Source: Micrococcales bacterium (GTDB lineage: Bacteria > Actinomycetota > Actinomycetes > Actinomycetales > Microbacteriaceae). Taken from it: a stretch of 64,000 nt of DNA. The stretch lies in contig JBJTMG010000088.1 of NCBI GenBank assembly GCA_046063415.1, positions 2,608 to 66,607 of the forward strand, written 5' to 3'. Made by a program: the position numbers and the translations under genes. Of the stretch, positions 1-9,072 are shown piece by piece (position 1 is the first letter of the stretch; the number at the start of each line of letters is the position of its first letter). Below the pieces are notes generated by a model. The model did not search any database. It saw nothing but the letters and a program-made list of their open reading frames with translations, and had not been told where the DNA came from.

Positions 1-1470
1 ATCCGCCAGAGTCCAAGCCAATCGCAAACATCTGTCAAACCCCCGCATGCTAAGTTGCCCACGATCAAGGGCGAGTTCAAGCGGACGTAAGCTATCACGA
101 CTGGGCTTTAGTTCAGATCTGAGCAACTGGCCAGGAATCTCAGAGTTACGCTCGAGCCCGAATTTGGTGAGTCGATTTGCAGCATGAGATCGTGCGGCTA
201 AAACCCTCTGGAGCGCCTGACTCGAAGTTAGAGTTGTGCCACCTTTGCCTTCGGCCATTTTCTTGGCAAGACGTGAAACGGGTTCAATCTTTAGCCTTAT
301 GTCGATGCGGTCAAGTAACGGACCTGAAAGCCTTGAAAGATAGCGCTTTCTCGAAACGTAGGTGCATTCGCAATGCCGCTTTGTCGAGCCGAAATGTCCA
401 CATGAACAGGGGTTGGCCGCCAAAATAAGTTGAAAGTTAGCGGGAAATTTGGCTGCACCACCACTGCGTTGAATCAAGACTTTTCCCGATTCCAGAGGCT
501 CACGCAGCGAATCCAGCACAGGAGCCTGAAACTCTAGTGCTTCGTCTAAGAAAAGAACGCCGCGATGGGCTAGCGAAACTGCACCTGGTCGGGGAAATCT
601 AGACCCGCCTCCGATAACTGAGGACACTGATGCTGTGTGGTGAGGATTCTGAAATCTTGGCCGCAGGTCAAGGTTCTGTATTCCACCGAGGTTGCCCAAG
701 TGCAGGGATTCCACAGCAGTCACCTCGAGTGCGTGTTCGGGAGTCAACTCGGGCAGAATACCCAGATACCGTTCTGCCAACATGGTTTTCCCAGAACCTG
801 GAGTCCCAATCATTGAAAAGTGATGACCCCCGGATGCGGCAACGATTAACGCTTCAATGGCGTGGTCCTGGCCAACCACGTCGGAAAGGTCAGTTGCTAA
901 TTGCTTCTTGACTGGCGACTCGCGCTGGACTGTAAACGAATCAGCCAACACAGATTCGTCGCCACCGTGAAACTGACAGAGTTGAGTAAGTGTCGCGCAA
1001 CCGAAAACCGATATGCCCAAGGTCAACTGTGCCTCTGAAAGGTTCTCAACTGGCACTATGGCTCGAGTGAATCCCGCCTCTCTAGCGGCGAGCAGCATTG
1101 GAATGATGCCAGAAACTGGCCGAACCGAGCCATCGAGGCCCAGCTCGCCTAAATGCACCGATTTGCTGACGCTTTCCCGAATAGCTGGATCTTGCGCCGC
1201 CAAAATGGAAATGGCTATTGCTAAATCGAAGCTTGAACCCGATTTAGGTACCGAAGCAGGTGAGAGATTCACAGTAATTTTTTTGGAGGGAAGTGGCCGA
1301 GCGGAGTTCGCGCATGCCGCCCGAACTCTGGAAGTTGCTTCGCTCAGCGAGGTATCGGGTAGGCCAATCAGAATAAAGTTCGGAAGATTCGCCGATATGT
1401 CAGCTTCAACTTCTATAATGGTTCCGGATAGGCCCAGGAGACTGACAGCGTAGGACTTTGCAAGTGGCAC
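1..1470 (-). CDS. YifB/ComM-family Mg-chelatase-like AAA+ ATPase; the C-terminus runs off the window edge
   Basis: Absent from the ORF track, presumably because it has no stop in the window. My reverse translation from GTG at 1470 gives VPLAKSYAVSLLGLSGTIIEVEADISANLPNFILIGLPD. A Walker A 'GTPGSGKTM' at ~781-813 and the tail '..LSMRGFDRCLRLAWTLAD' ending at nt 1 are in the same frame. The gene lies directly downstream of yraN, sharing one nucleotide between that gene's stop and this start. Confidence 0.85.
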   Translation of the reverse strand, partial: MPLAKSYAVSLLGLSGTIIEVEADISANLPNFILIGLPDTSLSEATSRVRAACANSARPLPSKKITVNLSPASVPKSGSSFDLAIAISILAAQDPAIRESVSKSVHLGELGLDGSVRPVSGIIPMLLAAREAGFTRAIVPVENLSEAQLTLGISVFGCATLTQLCQFHGGDESVLADSFTVQRESPVKKQLATDLSDVVGQDHAIEALIVAASGGHHFSMIGTPGSGKTMLAERYLGILPELTPEHALEVTAVESLHLGNLGGIQNLDLRPRFQNPHHTASVSSVIGGGSRFPRPGAVSLAHRGVLFLDEALEFQAPVLDSLREPLESGKVLIQRSGGAAKFPANFQLILAANPCSCGHFGSTKRHCECTYVSRKRYLSRLSGPLLDRIDIRLKIEPVSRLAKKMAEGKGGTTLTSSQALQRVLAARSHAANRLTKFGLERNSEIPGQLLRSELKPSRDSLRPLELALDRGQLSMRGFDRCLRLAWTLAD

Positions 1471-1826
1471 TAGTACACCTGCTTTAGGTGTTCGATTGTG
1501 ACTCGTCCCCCGCGCACCAAGACACCGATGGCATCGAAGCGAACCTGAACGTTACTGACCTGATGTCCCGCGCACCATGCGGCGGCGAGCCTTCGAATTC
1601 TTGCAAGTTTTGACGGTGTCACTGCCGAAAGAGGCGAACCAGCATTGTCAGAGGTGCGCGTCTTAACCTCTACAAAAACCAGAGTTTTACCTGTGGATGC
1701 AACGATATCGAGTTCGCCAGCTCGAGTCTGTGAGTTTCTGTCAAGGATCTGATATCCAGATTTGGCAAGGTAGTCGCACGCTCGTTCTTCGCCGTAGCGA
1801 CCGAGCCATTTTTTATCGAGGGCCAT
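1470..1826 (-). CDS. yraN: YraN-family (UPF0102) endonuclease-like protein
   Basis: 118 aa. GEERACDYLAKSGYQILDRN..GELDIVA..LVFVEVKTR matches the YraN pattern, and the gene sits in the conserved position between the DUF2469 gene and yifB. Confidence 0.85.
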   Translation of the reverse strand: MALDKKWLGRYGEERACDYLAKSGYQILDRNSQTRAGELDIVASTGKTLVFVEVKTRTSDNAGSPLSAVTPSKLARIRRLAAAWCAGHQVSNVQVRFDAIGVLVRGGRVTIEHLKQVY

Positions 1827-1908
1827 TCGACAAAGATGCCCGCAACCACTAGTAGCCAGACGCTATTTATCGAGAGTTGTTGATAATCGCAAAGCTCGAC
1901 TCTTGTGA

Positions 1909-2232
1909 CTAGTTCTCTACAGATAGATCCTTTGGAAGTTCGAAGGCCTGCATGTTGAGCTCTTCAACGTTCACATCTTTGAAGGTCTGAACGCGCACCT
2001 GCTTGACGAAGCGATCTGAACGGTTTATGTCCCAAACCCAGACATCTTTGAGGAAAAGCTCAAAGTAGAAATCACTGGGAGTGTCAATGCGATTGAACTC
2101 GACCTCGTTAGCCAGATAGAGTCTTCGTTCTGTCTCGACAAGGTACTTAAACGTGCCTAGAACGTCTCGAAACTCGCGCAGCAGCGCTTGTTCCGCCTCG
2201 CGGTCTAGCTCATCAAATTCGTTTTCATCCAT
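1909..2232 (-). CDS. DUF2469-family small acidic protein
   Basis: The internal ATG at 2232 gives MDENEFDELDREAEQALLREFRDVLGTFKYLVETERRLYLANEVEF... (107 aa). The longer track ORF (to 2397) would overlap rnhB. Synteny rnhB-DUF2469-yraN is conserved. Confidence 0.75.
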   Translation of the reverse strand: MDENEFDELDREAEQALLREFRDVLGTFKYLVETERRLYLANEVEFNRIDTPSDFYFELFLKDVWVWDINRSDRFVKQVRVQTFKDVNVEELNMQAFELPKDLSVEN

Positions 2233-2251
2233 TGGACTAAGTCTAAACCGA

Positions 2252-2932
2252 CTAAAACAGGGTGTCCTGTCCAAGAATTTTGCGCAACCAGGATTGCCTG
2301 TGGATTGTGGTCGGTCCAAAGGCCCGAATTGCTTCGATGTGAGCCTCCGACGCATAGCCCTTATTTGAGTCCCATTTATAGGCTGACAACTTATCAACCT
2401 CAGCGGCTAATGCAATCATCTCCCGGTCTCTCGTAACCTTGGCTATAACCGAGGCGGCGGCCACCGAAACGCAATCCCTGTCGGCTTTTGGTCTGACTAC
2501 CACCGGACACCCCAAGAAACTATGCCCCAACCAATTGTGACTGCCGTCGAGTAAAACTACCCCTCTACCAAACCTGCTGGCATCGATGATTTGCGCTGAA
2601 GCCCGCTCTGCGGAAACTGCGAGCGAATGGATAATTCCTTGGGCATCAATCTCAGAAGCGCAGGCCGAGCCAACCCCGAATCCAGCGACCCATTTGCAGA
2701 TAAGTGGATAAAGCTTTTCTCGGTTGCGCTCACTAATAAGTTTGGAATCGCGAAGCGCCGATGGCCATTGGGGGGTATCTTCAACCTGCTGGGCACTGAC
2801 CACTGCCAAACCCACCGACACCGGACCGGCTAAGGCACCACGGCCCACTTCATCAACCCCGACTATGTAGTCGAAGCCAGATTCGAAAAATTCTTTTTCG
2901 AAGCTAAGGCTTGGGAACGAACTTGAAGACAT
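2252..2932 (-). CDS. rnhB: Ribonuclease HII
   Basis: 226 aa with the VGVDEVGRGALAGPV active-site motif. It lies downstream of lepB as in many bacteria. Confidence 0.9.
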   Translation of the reverse strand: MSSSSFPSLSFEKEFFESGFDYIVGVDEVGRGALAGPVSVGLAVVSAQQVEDTPQWPSALRDSKLISERNREKLYPLICKWVAGFGVGSACASEIDAQGIIHSLAVSAERASAQIIDASRFGRGVVLLDGSHNWLGHSFLGCPVVVRPKADRDCVSVAAASVIAKVTRDREMIALAAEVDKLSAYKWDSNKGYASEAHIEAIRAFGPTTIHRQSWLRKILGQDTLF

Positions 2933-3668
2933 TCGAGTAGTTGTCTAGCCAAGTGAAGTGGTTGAAAGGCCAACTCACAACAAAAGCGCGCCCTACAACG
3001 AACTCTTTGGCAACAAAACCCTTGCTTGGGAGATCCCCGTGGAACCTGGAATCCTCGCTGTTTGGTCTGTTATCGCCCATGACCCAGTACGAGTTAGCGG
3101 GTACGGTTACGTCAAAATCAATGTCAGATGGTTTGGCGTCGGCAATCACGTAACTTTCGTTGATGGCTACGCCGTTTACTGTTAGACGCCCCTTGGCGTC
3201 GCAACACTTGACATGATCCCCGGGTAGGCCAATAACTCGTTTAACCAAGTGACTGTCTGAATCTGGAGCCGTGATTCCAAAAGCGCCAAGGAACCAGTCA
3301 GCGGTTTGCGTGTACCACGGTACATCGTTGTTGATGGGGCCACCCAACCAACCTCCGGGATCGCGGAAAACCACAACATCGCCGCGTTCTAGGGGAATTA
3401 CATTTGGCACTAGTTCGTTGACGATTATTCGGTCGTTGATCTGAAGCGTGTTGAGCATTGAGCCCGAGGGAATGTAGAACGACCGGATCAGAAAAGTCTT
3501 GATGAGGAGCGATAGCACCAACGCTGTCAGAAGAATGCCGAGCAGGTCAACGATAAATGCGACGATCGGGTTCTTCAGGAACTTTCGAAAACCTTTGTGC
3601 TTTAAGCCAGTCCGGCCTCCCCGTTCGCGCAGATACTGCACTTGTTCGGGGAGACCGGAATTAGACAT
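2904..3668 (-). CDS. lepB: Signal peptidase I
   Basis: 254 aa with an N-terminal TM segment, the IPSGSMLNTL (Ser) box, VKRVIGLPGD (Lys) box and GDNRPNSEDSR box. Confidence 0.9.
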   Translation of the reverse strand: MSNSGLPEQVQYLRERGGRTGLKHKGFRKFLKNPIVAFIVDLLGILLTALVLSLLIKTFLIRSFYIPSGSMLNTLQINDRIIVNELVPNVIPLERGDVVVFRDPGGWLGGPINNDVPWYTQTADWFLGAFGITAPDSDSHLVKRVIGLPGDHVKCCDAKGRLTVNGVAINESYVIADAKPSDIDFDVTVPANSYWVMGDNRPNSEDSRFHGDLPSKGFVAKEFVVGRAFVVSWPFNHFTWLDNYSNVFKFVPKP

Positions 3669-3699
3669 GTGTTTAGTTTAGGTTCTGAGGAACAAAGAC

Positions 3700-4050
3700 C
3701 TAGGCGTTGTCGCGCTTTTCGCGGATCTTTGCCTTCTTGCCGCGAAGATCGCGCAGGAAGTAAAGCTTTGCGCGACGGACCTGGCCACGAGAAACGAGCT
3801 CAATGTGGTCGATCACTGGGGAGTGGACTGGGAAAGTACGCTCAACGCCCACCTGGAAAGAAATTTTGCGAACGGTGAAGGTTTCACGAACACCCTGACC
3901 CGACTTGCGGATAACGATACCCTGGAACACCTGGATACGGCTGCGGTTACCTTCGACGATGTTTACGTGAACCTTTACGGTGTCACCAGCGCGGAACTCT
4001 GGAATGTCTGAACGTAGGCTCTTGGCATCTACGACATCTAGAATGTGCAT
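3700..4050 (-). CDS. rplS: 50S ribosomal protein L19
   Basis: 116 aa. [32 protein letters not shown] is the L19 signature. Confidence 0.95.
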   Translation of the reverse strand: MHILDVVDAKSLRSDIPEFRAGDTVKVHVNIVEGNRSRIQVFQGIVIRKSGQGVRETFTVRKISFQVGVERTFPVHSPVIDHIELVSRGQVRRAKLYFLRDLRGKKAKIREKRDNA

Positions 4051-4183
4051 TTTGAATCACTCTCTGTCTCGGCGCGCAGGTCTTCAACAAGTTTTTTTAG
4101 TAAGGATTTGCCTAACTGCTCCCCTGCGGCAGAGCGTTACTTTGTTTCGGCAACAGTTTTCTATTCTGTCACACGAAATCGCG

Positions 4184-4867
4184 TTATGGCAAAAGGTCAG
4201 GCCGAATTTCTTGAGTTCTGGCCTTCTGCTGCTCGAGCCTCCACTTGGCGATTTCGGCGTGGTTTCCGCTGAGAAGGACCGGTGGTACAGCAAGCCCTCG
4301 CCATTCCGCTGGTTTGGTGTAGCTGGGGTACTCCAACAAGCCATCGTTGTGAGATTCTTCGGCAAGGCTCTCGGAATTGCCAATAACCCCGGGAATGAGT
4401 CGCGCCAAAGCTTCGATCATGACCATGGCGGCAACTTCTCCTCCATTGAGAACATAATCGCCAATGGAAATCATTCGAACTCTAGCCTTAGTGCCAGCGT
4501 ACTCAACAACTCTCTGGTCAATTCCCTCGTATCGACCACAAGCAAAAACCAAGTGGCTTTCCAGCGCCAGTTCCTGAGCCGTGCTTTGCTTGAAGACTTC
4601 TCCCGCAGGTGAGGTGAAAATTACGGTCGCGTCAGGAGAATCTGATAGCACCGAATCCAAAGCCAGACCCCAAGGCTCTGGTTTCATTAGCATTCCGGCA
4701 CCACCGCCGTAAGGTGTGTCATCTACAGTTCTGTGCTTGTCGAAAGTAAAGTCACGCAGATCGTGAGCTTGGAAATTGATGAGTCCTTTTTCCCGTGCCT
4801 TACCGAGTAAGGAGAGATCTAAAGGCTGGAAATAGCCTGGGAAAATCGAAAATGCATCTATGCGCAA
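4184..4867 (-). CDS. trmD: tRNA (guanine37-N1)-methyltransferase
   Basis: 227 aa. [43 protein letters not shown] matches TrmD, within the rimM-trmD-rplS synteny. Confidence 0.95.
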   Translation of the reverse strand: MRIDAFSIFPGYFQPLDLSLLGKAREKGLINFQAHDLRDFTFDKHRTVDDTPYGGGAGMLMKPEPWGLALDSVLSDSPDATVIFTSPAGEVFKQSTAQELALESHLVFACGRYEGIDQRVVEYAGTKARVRMISIGDYVLNGGEVAAMVMIEALARLIPGVIGNSESLAEESHNDGLLEYPSYTKPAEWRGLAVPPVLLSGNHAEIAKWRLEQQKARTQEIRPDLLP

Positions 4868-4876
4868 GTTGTTTTC

Positions 4877-5467
4877 CTATTCTGAGGCAGAGTCAGATTC
4901 TGCACCGGACTCAGATTCCGAAGCCCTAGGCGCAGGTTCGGGAGTAGCAAGCTCTTCTAGAACCGCTTCGAATAAGCCGGTTGGAGGGGTCACGGTTATG
5001 GTGCCGGCACTCAGGTCAACGCTAGGGACAATGGCCTTGACAAACGGAACCATGACGTCGGAGCCATTTGCATTGACAACCAGCAAGTCCTGAGCCGGGA
5101 AATGCTCAACGCGGCTGACCGTTCCAATCGTCAAGCCGTCTCTAATGACATTGAGGCCAACAAGCTGGTGGTCGTACCATGCGTCAGGCTCGGCAGGTAA
5201 CGCGTCTTCATCCTGGCTGACCAAAAGGATTGCTTTGATGAGAGATTCTGCTGCAGACCTATCAGTGATGCCCTCAAAGAATATGACTGGGGCTTGGTTG
5301 TACCAACGAAGTTCAGCTACGGTAAGGGTTTTACCGAACCAAGGGGACTCTTGCGGGACTTGAAGTTCCATTACCGCTCCAGGAACGAAGCGTTCGTTAG
5401 GAGTGTCGGTGTACAGCTCGAGTTTTATTGCGCCTTTTAGACCGTGAGCCTTGAGCAAACGACCCAC
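4877..5467 (-). CDS. rimM: 16S rRNA processing protein RimM, with a short acidic Ser/Glu C-terminal tail
   Basis: 196 aa. GRLLKAHGLKGAIKLELYTD is RimM-like, and the gene sits between the KH protein and trmD. Confidence 0.9.
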   Translation of the reverse strand: MGRLLKAHGLKGAIKLELYTDTPNERFVPGAVMELQVPQESPWFGKTLTVAELRWYNQAPVIFFEGITDRSAAESLIKAILLVSQDEDALPAEPDAWYDHQLVGLNVIRDGLTIGTVSRVEHFPAQDLLVVNANGSDVMVPFVKAIVPSVDLSAGTITVTPPTGLFEAVLEELATPEPAPRASESESGAESDSASE

Positions 5468-5483
5468 ACGGAGCTTGGTCTGG

Positions 5484-5720
5484 TTAGAAATCTGTTTTCA
5501 CCACGTCAACACGGATCTTACGACCGTCAGCCAGAGCTTTGATTACGGTGCGCAGCGCGTTTGCGGTACGGCCGTTGCGCCCGATCACTCGCCCCAAATC
5601 TTCGGGGTGAACAACAACCTCAAGCAAGTCGCCTCGCGAGGTGCGTCGTTCAGTTACGTTGGCGTCGTCCGGGTGGTCGACGATTCCCTTAACCAAGTGT
5701 TCGAGCGCAGCAGCTAACAC
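5484..5720 (-). CDS. KH-domain RNA-binding protein (YlqC-like)
   Basis: GTG at 5720 gives (M)LAAALEHLVKGIVDHPDDANV...GRVIGRNGRTANALRTVI (78 aa) with a GxxG KH motif. It starts 4 nt after the rpsP stop. Confidence 0.85.
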   Translation of the reverse strand: MLAAALEHLVKGIVDHPDDANVTERRTSRGDLLEVVVHPEDLGRVIGRNGRTANALRTVIKALADGRKIRVDVVKTDF

Positions 5721-5724
5721 GTTA

Positions 5725-6279
5725 TTAAGCCTCTTCTGCGGCTGGTGCTTCTTCTGCAGGAGCCTCTTCGGCTGCTGCAGGAGCCTCAACCTCTGCCTCA
5801 GCGGCAGGCGACTCGGCGGCTTCTACTGCAACTTCTTCTGCAGGTGCCTCTACTGCTGCATCTGCAACTGATTCCTCAACTACCTCGGCAGCTGGAGCCT
5901 CATCGGCCTTTGGTGCCTCAACCTTGATCTCAGCCTTTGGGCGAAGAACGGTCTTCTTGGTTGCGTCAGAAACGAAAGCTGGCTTTGGCTCTGCGACCTT
6001 GACCACGTTCTTTGCGTTCTTGTCGCCCTTTGATGCCTGGAAGTCGCCGGTTAGCTTTAGCAACGCAGCAACCTGCTCGGTTGGCTGTGCGCCAACGCTT
6101 AGCCAGTACTGGGCTCGAGCCGAGTCAACTTCGATAATCGAAGGCTCTTGACCTGGCACGTAACGGCCGATCTCTTCGATTGCGCGACCGTCGCGCTTGG
6201 TGCGCGAGTCAGCCACAACGATGCGGTAGTGAGGCGTACGGATCTTTCCGAGACGCTTTAGGCGGATTTTTACAGCCAC
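5725..6279 (-). CDS. rpsP: 30S ribosomal protein S16 with a long Ala/Glu/Pro-rich C-terminal extension
   Basis: AGGAG-catt-GTG at 6279 gives (M)[31 protein letters not shown] (S16 signature). The last ~85 aa are low-complexity AEVVEE../[13 protein letters not shown] repeats. Confidence 0.9.
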   Translation of the reverse strand: MAVKIRLKRLGKIRTPHYRIVVADSRTKRDGRAIEEIGRYVPGQEPSIIEVDSARAQYWLSVGAQPTEQVAALLKLTGDFQASKGDKNAKNVVKVAEPKPAFVSDATKKTVLRPKAEIKVEAPKADEAPAAEVVEESVADAAVEAPAEEVAVEAAESPAAEAEVEAPAAAEEAPAEEAPAAEEA

Positions 6280-6457
6280 AATGCTCCTGTTGTTTGTATT
6301 GGACCGAACGTTCCACCGTGAGCGTGGGGGCACACTCGGTGAAGAAGCTCTAAGGGTTTTCTCGAAAGCCTTGATAGAGGGTCAAGCGCACGAGATACCC
6401 CGTTATTCTGCCAGAAAATTGGCAAATGCGCTAGTTTCTGTGACGTGTTGCTCTGAT

Positions 6458-7966
6458 CTAAAGCCCGAAAGCAGAGCCACCGGAAGACTTTTGCCCCGAT
6501 GCATCGGGGCTGCTGTTACCGCCTAGGCGAAGGGCTTCCTCGGCGGCGCGTTTTGCGGGGTTGCCCGACTTTCCAGACTTCTTCTTGTCTTTTCCCTTGT
6601 TCTTGGCCTTACCGCCACCACCAAATCCACTCATACCGGGAGGCATTCCAGGAATCTGTGGAACTCCACCCTTGGATACCGTCTTCATCATTTTGGCGGC
6701 CTGTTCGAATCGATTGACCAACGAATTTACATCCGTAACAGTCATACCTGAACCCTTGGCAATTCGAAGTCGTCGTGAACCATTTAGGAGCTTGGGCTGG
6801 CGCCGTTCAGCAGGCGTCATGGAACGAATGATTGCTTCGGTTCGATCGATTTCCTTTTCGTCAAAGTTATCAATCTGGTCGCGAAGGGCCCCGGCCCCCG
6901 GCATCATGGCCAGCATGCTCTTGAGCGACCCCATTTTGCGCATCTGCTGCATCTGGTCAAGGAAGTCCTCGAGAGTGAATTGCTCCTTGGCCAACTTTTC
7001 CGCCATGGCGCGAGCTTCGGCCTCATCAAAGGTCTTTTGAGTTTGTTCAATGAGCGTGAGAATGTCACCCAAATCAAGGATTCGACTCGCCATGCGATCG
7101 GGATAGAACGGCTCAAATGAATCGAGTCCCTCGCCCGTAGACGAGAAGATGATGGGCTTTCCGGTAACTGACGCAACCGACAACGCCGCGCCGCCTCGGG
7201 CATCGCCGTCTAGCTTGGTGAGGACCACGCCCGTAATTCCAACGCCATCCTCAAAAGCCTTTGCAACGTTTACGGCATCCTGACCAACCATGGCGTCAAT
7301 GACGAACAAGACTTCGTCTGGGTTAACCGCAGCTCGAATCTTTTTGGCCTGATCCATCATCTCTTGGTCAATTCCAAGACGACCAGCGGTGTCTACGATG
7401 ACCACGCTGAACTGCTTTTGAGTAGCGTGCTTTACAGCATCTTTTGCAACCTTTACTGGATCCCCAACGCCGTTACCTGGCTCAGGTGCGAAAACCGGAA
7501 CGCCAGTGCGCTCACCCAAAACCTGAAGTTGGTTTACAGCGTTTGGTCTTTGCAAATCAGCGGCAACGAGTATCGGTGTCTGGTTTTGATCCTTGAGCCA
7601 CTTGGCCAACTTGCCAGCGAGGGTAGTCTTACCGCTACCCTGCAAACCGGCGAGCATAATCACTGTGGGTGGGTTCTTGGCGAAGCTCAACCTACGCTGT
7701 TCGCCACCAAGAATTGCCACCAGTTCATCGTTGACAATTTGAACTACCTGCTGAGCTGGGTTCAGAGCCTTGGATACTTCATCGCCCAATGCACGGTCCC
7801 GAACCGCCTGCACAAAGTTCTTTACAACTTCTAGGGCAACATCGGCCTCTAGGAGAGCCCTACGAATCTCACGCAGGGTGGCATCGATGTCGGCTGGGCT
7901 GAGCTTGCCCTTGGTGCGCAGGTTTTTGAACGTTTGCGCCAAGCGGTCAGATAGATTTCCGAACAC
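6458..7966 (-). CDS. ffh: Signal recognition particle protein Ffh
   Basis: 502 aa with GLQGSGKTT (G1), DTAGR and TKLDGD GTPase boxes, a Met-rich M domain and a basic Gly/Lys tail. Confidence 0.95.
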   Translation of the reverse strand: MFGNLSDRLAQTFKNLRTKGKLSPADIDATLREIRRALLEADVALEVVKNFVQAVRDRALGDEVSKALNPAQQVVQIVNDELVAILGGEQRRLSFAKNPPTVIMLAGLQGSGKTTLAGKLAKWLKDQNQTPILVAADLQRPNAVNQLQVLGERTGVPVFAPEPGNGVGDPVKVAKDAVKHATQKQFSVVIVDTAGRLGIDQEMMDQAKKIRAAVNPDEVLFVIDAMVGQDAVNVAKAFEDGVGITGVVLTKLDGDARGGAALSVASVTGKPIIFSSTGEGLDSFEPFYPDRMASRILDLGDILTLIEQTQKTFDEAEARAMAEKLAKEQFTLEDFLDQMQQMRKMGSLKSMLAMMPGAGALRDQIDNFDEKEIDRTEAIIRSMTPAERRQPKLLNGSRRLRIAKGSGMTVTDVNSLVNRFEQAAKMMKTVSKGGVPQIPGMPPGMSGFGGGGKAKNKGKDKKKSGKSGNPAKRAAEEALRLGGNSSPDASGQKSSGGSAFGL

Positions 7967-8037
7967 GAAACTCCTTGAAATAGGTAGTGACTAAGGATAC
8001 CAAGGTCGCAAGGCGAGCCTCGGGAGCGCGGCTGGGG

Positions 8038-9072
8038 TTACTGTCCCACTAGTCCCCTGGCGAATTCATCGGCCTCAAAAAAAGCGAAATCCTCGATGCC
8101 TTCGCCAAAGGCAATTAGTTTCACGGGTAAGCCAAGTTCCTTCTGGATGCTGTATACGATTCCACCCTTGGCTGTGCCATCGACTTTAGTGAGCACTACA
8201 CCGGTAACTTTTGCTACCTCTGAGAAGGCGCGAGCCTGACTGAGGCCGTTTTGACCAGTTGTAGCGTCGAGCACTAGCAGGACTTCGCTGACCGGAACCG
8301 ATTTCTCCACCACTCTGCGAATCTTGAGCAGCTCGTCCATTAAATCTTGCTTATTTTGCAATCGTCCGGCGGTGTCAATAATGACGATGTCTGCGTTATC
8401 GGCGATTGCTGTCTCGACGGCTTCAAAGGCCACGGAAGCCGGGTCTTGGCCCTCGACCTTTGGTCTGACTAACTTTGCGCCAGCACGGCTGGCCCAGGTT
8501 GCAACCTGTTCCACGGCAGCTGCCCTGAAGGTATCGGCCGCGCCAATCACAACCTGCCAGTCACCTTCGGCCAGCCAGGCGCTGAGCTTACCGATGGTTG
8601 TGGTCTTGCCCGCGCCATTTACTCCAACGATCAAAAAAACGTAAGGAAGTTTTTCACCCGAAAGATTGAGTTCTCGATTGGTAATTTCTAGTGCTCCGGT
8701 CAGCACCGAAACCAAAATGGTCCTTAGCTCGGACTCGGTTTTGGCACCCGACTTGGCTGCCAAGGCCTTGACCTTGCCAACCAGTTCCGTCGCGGCATCG
8801 ACACCAAAGTCAGCTTGAATCAGGATGTCTTCTAGTTCATCCAGATTCTCTGGATCGAAGTAAATACCAGTGAATAGCGATCGGATTCTTGAGGCAAAAC
8901 TTCTGCGGCCTGACTCTTCGAATGCATCCCCAAGTTCTTGGGTTCCGTCAATCTCAGCTGCTGTATTTAGCTCGGGAATGGCGGCAGGAGTCGTTGACTC
9001 AGCACTCTGTGCCGACTGCGAGGCATGGCTGCTCTCGGTCTTAGCCTTCTTTTTGAACCACTCGAATGCCAC
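8038..9072 (-). CDS. ftsY: SRP receptor FtsY
   Basis: 344 aa with an acidic N-terminal region and GVNGAGKTTT, DTAGR and TKVDGTAKGG boxes. Confidence 0.95.
   Translation of the reverse strand: MAFEWFKKKAKTESSHASQSAQSAESTTPAAIPELNTAAEIDGTQELGDAFEESGRRSFASRIRSLFTGIYFDPENLDELEDILIQADFGVDAATELVGKVKALAAKSGAKTESELRTILVSVLTGALEITNRELNLSGEKLPYVFLIVGVNGAGKTTTIGKLSAWLAEGDWQVVIGAADTFRAAAVEQVATWASRAGAKLVRPKVEGQDPASVAFEAVETAIADNADIVIIDTAGRLQNKQDLMDELLKIRRVVEKSVPVSEVLLVLDATTGQNGLSQARAFSEVAKVTGVVLTKVDGTAKGGIVYSIQKELGLPVKLIAFGEGIEDFAFFEADEFARGLVGQ

Noticed and set aside
177-1453. Three plus-strand track ORFs (177-428, 630-911, 1013-1453) at the window start
   Set aside because: They lie antisense to a continuous minus-strand YifB/ComM reading frame. 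I checked that frame at its start, Walker A and C-terminal tail. The plus-strand translations are low-complexity, R/S/P-rich and motif-less.
1909-2397. 162-aa version of the DUF2469 ORF overlapping rnhB
   Set aside because: The first 55 codons overlap the rnhB 3' end and encode an R/P/C-rich peptide. The conserved acidic DUF2469 sequence starts at the ATG at 2232.
4051-4183. Possible ribosomal-protein leader or attenuator upstream of rplS
   Set aside because: I could find only weak, short hairpins, and I could not match any L19-leader-like conserved structure by eye.
5745-5927. Repeat-like plus-strand ORFs (LLLQEP.., 5641-5927), or a possible tandem-repeat or CRISPR-like element
   Set aside because: The periodicity comes from the Ala/Glu/Pro-rich codon repeats of the S16 C-terminal tail on the minus strand. 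There is no spacer/repeat architecture.
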